Positions 60,073 to 64,000 of a DNA stretch of 64,000 nt are shown here, one piece after another. The notes under the pieces are model-generated. The model was not told where the DNA came from. It saw only the letters and a program-made list of their open reading frames with translations, and did no database searches. Positions within the stretch are counted from its first letter, which is position 1. The number at the start of each line of letters is the position of its first letter. This DNA is from an uncultured Chthonomonadaceae bacterium (GTDB lineage: Bacteria > Armatimonadota > Chthonomonadetes > Chthonomonadales > Chthonomonadaceae), in contig CAWFQB010000004.1 of the NCBI GenBank assembly GCA_963817895.1, positions 224,001 to 288,000 on the forward strand. The letters run 5' to 3'. The position numbers and the translations under genes were made by a program.

Positions 60073-61475
60073 GGGAGTTGTCCACCTACGGCGCGTTGCA
60101 GCGCGGCGAGGGCAATGTTGTAATCCGCGAGGGCGCGGGTGTAATCGGTCTGTTCGGTACGATACACCTGCTGCGCGTCCAGAAGTTCCAGATAGGTCGT
60201 CGCGCCCTGATTGTAGCCGATTTGCGCCATGTTGAGCAGTTCGCGCGAGTTGTCCAATCGCCCGCCTCGAAATCCCTCTACTGTTAATCGCGCCTGCTGC
60301 AAATTGCGGTACGCGGTTTCTACTTCCAGAAGCGCGACGCGGCGGGCTTCGGCAATCACAGCCTCCTGCTCCGACACGGCGGCTTTGGCGCTGGCAGCGT
60401 CGGCGCGGTTGCGCCCGAAATCGTAAAGGGGGAACAGCAGGCCGGCGCGGAGAGTATTGCCGCCCTGCGTGGGATCAATGTTGCCATGCCGCGCTTCCAC
60501 AAACAAATCGGGCTGTGACGACGCCCGCGCCCCGTGCAGCAGGGCTTCGCGATTGGCGCGGGTTTGTAGCGCGGACTGCAAATCGGGGCGGCGGGCGAGG
60601 GCGAGTTGCTGCAAATCTTCCAGTTTATATGCGGCGGGAGTAAACGGCAGGGTGGGAGCAACCGCAAAATCCGAATTGCCCTCCATGCGGGTCAGGCTGC
60701 GGAGGGTGGCGAAACGGTTGGCGCGTTCGGTTTGGGCGGCGGCAACCGCTTGCTCCGCTCGACTCTGCTCGATGCGGCTGCGGACAACCTGTGTTCGGGC
60801 TACATCCCCGGCGGTAAACTGCAATTGCGCGGTTTCGGCAAATTTGCGGGCGTTGTCCAGCGCGTCCAGCGCGAGCTGCCGCGCCGCTTCGGAACGCTGC
60901 GCCTCATAATACGCGGACTGCACCGCAAACACAAGATCGTTCCGCGCCGCCTGCCGATCCAGCGTGACCGATTCGCGCTCCGCCCGCGCCGCAAGAACGC
61001 GCTGCCGCCGCTTATCGCCCAACTCGAACGATTGGGAAATCAGATAATCCTCGTCCGTGCCGCCCGTATTCTGTCCGACGTGCGCGGCGATACTCGCAAC
61101 CGGATTCAGCAGCCGACCCGCGCCCGTCAATCGCGCCCCCGCCCCGACCACGCGGGCATCGAACTGCTGCGTGGTGAAACTCCGTTGCTGCGCGAAGTTC
61201 AGCGCGTCCGTCAGCGCGAGCGTTTGGGTATTCGCAGACAGAGCAGGCGGTGTTTGACCCGTAGGAGTTTGCGCAGTCGGAGTGGCGGCAGGCGTTTGTA
61301 CGGGTGTTACTGGAGCGGGTTGAGGCGTGGTTTGCCCGAATACGGCTACACGCGACAAGCCACAGAACCCGATGATAGCGAATAAACAAGACGAACGCAC
61401 GATAGCGATTAGCCTTTCAGTCTTTTGTCTTGAACCATGATTAAGATGATTACCATGATTGAGGAGGCGAGTCAT
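60069..61475 (-). CDS. TolC/CzcC-family outer membrane factor (start uncertain)
   Basis: ISQSFELGDKRRQR, PLYDFGRNR, YLELLDAQ. Confidence 0.88.
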   Translation of the reverse strand: MTRLLNHGNHLNHGSRQKTERLIAIVRSSCLFAIIGFCGLSRVAVFGQTTPQPAPVTPVQTPAATPTAQTPTGQTPPALSANTQTLALTDALNFAQQRSFTTQQFDARVVGAGARLTGAGRLLNPVASIAAHVGQNTGGTDEDYLISQSFELGDKRRQRVLAARAERESVTLDRQAARNDLVFAVQSAYYEAQRSEAARQLALDALDNARKFAETAQLQFTAGDVARTQVVRSRIEQSRAEQAVAAAQTERANRFATLRSLTRMEGNSDFAVAPTLPFTPAAYKLEDLQQLALARRPDLQSALQTRANREALLHGARASSQPDLFVEARHGNIDPTQGGNTLRAGLLFPLYDFGRNRADAASAKAAVSEQEAVIAEARRVALLEVETAYRNLQQARLTVEGFRGGRLDNSRELLNMAQIGYNQGATTYLELLDAQQVYRTEQTDYTRALADYNIALAALQRAVGGQLP

Positions 61476-61564
61476 CGAAAACTCTTCTCATTAAAAAGAT
61501 CATTACTCAACAGGGGTCATGTTAATCATCGTAATCATGCCTAATCATGGTTCAAGACAATCCG

Positions 61565-62632
61565 TTACTTCTTGCCCATACTCGGCTCAAATACCAGAAT
61601 TACGGCGGTGTTCGGTTCCATAGTGGGACGGCCCTGCTGACCGGCAGCCATCGGCTTGAATTTGGCGGTAATCAGGTAGATGCGGTGCGTTTTCGGGTCC
61701 AGAGTCATGGTGCGCGCGCCGGTTTGCGTGGGTACTGTGGCGGCAACCGAGAACTTGTTTTTGCTGTCCTCATGCACGAGGGTCATGGTTCCGTCCTGCC
61801 CGTTGGAACTGACGGCCAGCTTGAGCGTAGGATCGAACACGCTGGCATCCGGGCCGTTGCCAATAGCCGGCATGGCGACAACCTTGCCGCTGTCCGCGTC
61901 CACAACCGCCATTTTCTGATTGCCGCACACCGCGAACAGGCGGCGCGTGGCTTTGTCGAACGATAGGCCGGAAGGTTCTTCGCAGGGATCAATCTTCCAG
62001 TGCTGCATGGCCTTCATCTCTTTGGCGTCAATGGCGACGATCTCGTTTTTATCTTCGACATTGCAGTACACCATCCCTTTTTCATCGGTGACGGCGAATT
62101 CAGGCTTGCCGCCGACAGGAATGGTTGACAACACCTTGCCGGAACGGGCGTCCAGAACGGTCACATCGCTGCTGCTGCCGTTGAAAGTAAAGACGCGATG
62201 GGTGGCGGGATCGTACAGAATGGCGTCCGGGTTTTTGCCGACCGCAACGCGCTGCAATTCTTTGAGCGTCTTCAAATCGAAAATCGTGACGCTATTTTCG
62301 CGCCCGTTGCTGGTATAGCCCCGGTTGAGGGCGGGCGCGAGCGCGACGCCGTGAACGCCCGGAGTATTGGGAATATCGCCGACTACAGCGTCTTTTACGG
62401 TGTCAATCACCATAACATGCGTACCCCGCGTGACATAAAGACGATGCGCCGCGCTGTCTACGTTGAGATAGTCCCAGCCGCCCTCGCCGCCGATGGCGAT
62501 TTTGGAAATTTGATGGTAGGCGGGGGAGGCGGGTTCCGCCGCCTGCGAGGAGAGAGTGGAAAACCCTGTCAGCAACGCGGTAACGCCTGCGCTGCAAGCC
62601 AGAAGAGAAGCAAACCGTTGGAAACGTGACAT
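61565..62632 (-). CDS. YncE-family beta-propeller protein
   Basis: GGEGGWDYL, PGVHGVA, GKNPDAI, GARTMTLD. Confidence 0.88.
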   Translation of the reverse strand: MSRFQRFASLLACSAGVTALLTGFSTLSSQAAEPASPAYHQISKIAIGGEGGWDYLNVDSAAHRLYVTRGTHVMVIDTVKDAVVGDIPNTPGVHGVALAPALNRGYTSNGRENSVTIFDLKTLKELQRVAVGKNPDAILYDPATHRVFTFNGSSSDVTVLDARSGKVLSTIPVGGKPEFAVTDEKGMVYCNVEDKNEIVAIDAKEMKAMQHWKIDPCEEPSGLSFDKATRRLFAVCGNQKMAVVDADSGKVVAMPAIGNGPDASVFDPTLKLAVSSNGQDGTMTLVHEDSKNKFSVAATVPTQTGARTMTLDPKTHRIYLITAKFKPMAAGQQGRPTMEPNTAVILVFEPSMGKK

Positions 62633-62707
62633 AGAACAACCTTTCTTCAATACAAGGAGAAATTTAGCCGCGAATACACGCGAATGAACGCGAATAAAGG
62701 ACATAGA

Positions 62708-64000
62708 TTATAAGACGGACATATCCGGCGGAAAAGAAACTGTTGCTGTTACCCACCCGGCGCTGCAAGCGAGAGACAACTGCCAGTCATTAGAAGCGGC
62801 GACGGCTTTGCAGATGGCTAACCCTAATCCGTTGCCGCCCGTTCGTAGATTGCGCGAAGCGTCCGGGCGGTAGAACGGCTCGAACCACTTTTCCGGCGTC
62901 CAATCTACGTTCGGGTCGCAGGAATTGGCGATTTCCAGCAGTGCCGCAGTGTCGTTCATCGTCAGTCGCAGATGAATTTGTCCGCCGAACGTGGCATACC
63001 GTACCGCATTTTCCAGCAGATTGCGAACCAAAATATCGGCATGGGTAGACGCGGCGGAAACAAGGGCCTCGTCCGCTATCTGAACATTGAATGTCAGGCC
63101 GTGCGCCTGCGCCTGTGACGCAAGCGCGCGCAGGGTTCGGGTACAGACTTCAGCCAGATCAACCGGCTCCTGAGTGGGCCGCGGATTGCCCTCCAACTGA
63201 TGCAGGCGCAACAGGTCGCGCGTCAGCGAGGTCAGCCGCCGGGTTTGGGTGTCCGCTTCCTGCACGACAGCATGGTACTCTTCGCGGGTACGTGGACGCT
63301 GCAGGGCCAATTCCAAATGCCCGGAAAGCGCCTGCAACGGGGTGCGAAGTTCGTGCGAGGCGGCGGCGTAAAAGCGTCCCCGCGATTGAATGGTTTCCTG
63401 TTGGCGCGTCAGCAGATCGTTCAGGGTTTGAACCAGTTCCCGCACTTCCGCGTCCTGCGAGGGCGACTTTAGTTGAATTTGCTCTTCACTCCCCACGATA
63501 ACTCGCGCCTGCTGCGACAGTTTGCCGATGGGCGACAGGGTTCTTCCCACCAGTACCCACGCTCCCAATGTGGCGAGCAGGCCGGTGGCAAAACTGAAAA
63601 TCGCCAGTGTCCGCGCCTGACGATCTAATGCGCGCTGCGTATGCGTCCACGGCAGGCCGATGACCACTTTATACGCGCCGGTGGGAACCGCCAGAGTACG
63701 CCACTCCGACGCCCGCGCGCTGCCCGGCAGGGCTTGCGCAAGTTGAGACGTTGAAGGCGAGACTTCCACCACACTGCCCTGCGGATTCAGCAACATCAGC
63801 GAAACATGATTGTCGCCCAAATCGCTTTCCACTTCGCGCAGTTCCACCAGATTGAGCGCGGGCGCGTCGGCGGGCAGTTCATGCCCCACCTGCGTGGCCG
63901 CATTACGCAAAAGCGCGTCCGCGCTGTTTTCCGTCTGCTGCTGCGCATAGCGAACCATCAGCAGGCACGACGCCAGCATCAGCGCGAAAATGCACAGCGC
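62708..64000 (-). CDS. HAMP-domain sensor histidine kinase (5'-partial)
   Basis: ASHELRTPL, NLLENAVRY, FEPFYR, GNGLGLAI. Confidence 0.93.
   Translation of the reverse strand, partial: ALCIFALMLASCLLMVRYAQQQTENSADALLRNAATQVGHELPADAPALNLVELREVESDLGDNHVSLMLLNPQGSVVEVSPSTSQLAQALPGSARASEWRTLAVPTGAYKVVIGLPWTHTQRALDRQARTLAIFSFATGLLATLGAWVLVGRTLSPIGKLSQQARVIVGSEEQIQLKSPSQDAEVRELVQTLNDLLTRQQETIQSRGRFYAAASHELRTPLQALSGHLELALQRPRTREEYHAVVQEADTQTRRLTSLTRDLLRLHQLEGNPRPTQEPVDLAEVCTRTLRALASQAQAHGLTFNVQIADEALVSAASTHADILVRNLLENAVRYATFGGQIHLRLTMNDTAALLEIANSCDPNVDWTPEKWFEPFYRPDASRNLRTGGNGLGLAICKAVAASNDWQLSLACSAGWVTATVSFPPDMSVL

Overview
GC-rich bacterial chromosome segment. Gene content (PEP-CTERM, DUF1592/DUF1552, SteAB, Rpn/DUF4351) suggests Armatimonadota, but this is inference only. 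The left end holds a probable integrated island: a PEP-CTERM gene, a hypothetical gene, a complete ISAs1 element and a tyrosine integrase. It abuts a 16-gene minus-strand tRNA array (3906-6043) in which no gene encodes CCA. The most striking observation is upstream of the array: an unannotated 59-codon leader ORF (6211-6390, just under the ORF-track cut-off). Its 3' end is a ~16-bp antiterminator for an intrinsic terminator (6143-6182), which looks like a ribosome-coupled attenuator controlling a reserve tRNA operon. The array also contains an rrn-type boxA and anticodons that bypass TilS/TadA modification (Ile-UAU, Arg-GCG, Arg-UCG). The rest of the window is mostly housekeeping and accessory genes: GH16-PA14, amidohydrolases, a sulfatase-like enzyme, a desaturase, a steAB-glycosyltransferase operon, folB, nadA, rqcH, GH42, efp, accB/accC, TA genes, Eis, TolC/ABC, sixA, dGTPase, Rpn, and an RND efflux/YncE/sensor kinase cluster. 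Several families of short palindromic or tandem repeats are dispersed throughout, and one copy lies in frame inside rqcH. Scattered single-base frameshifts suggest assembly errors.
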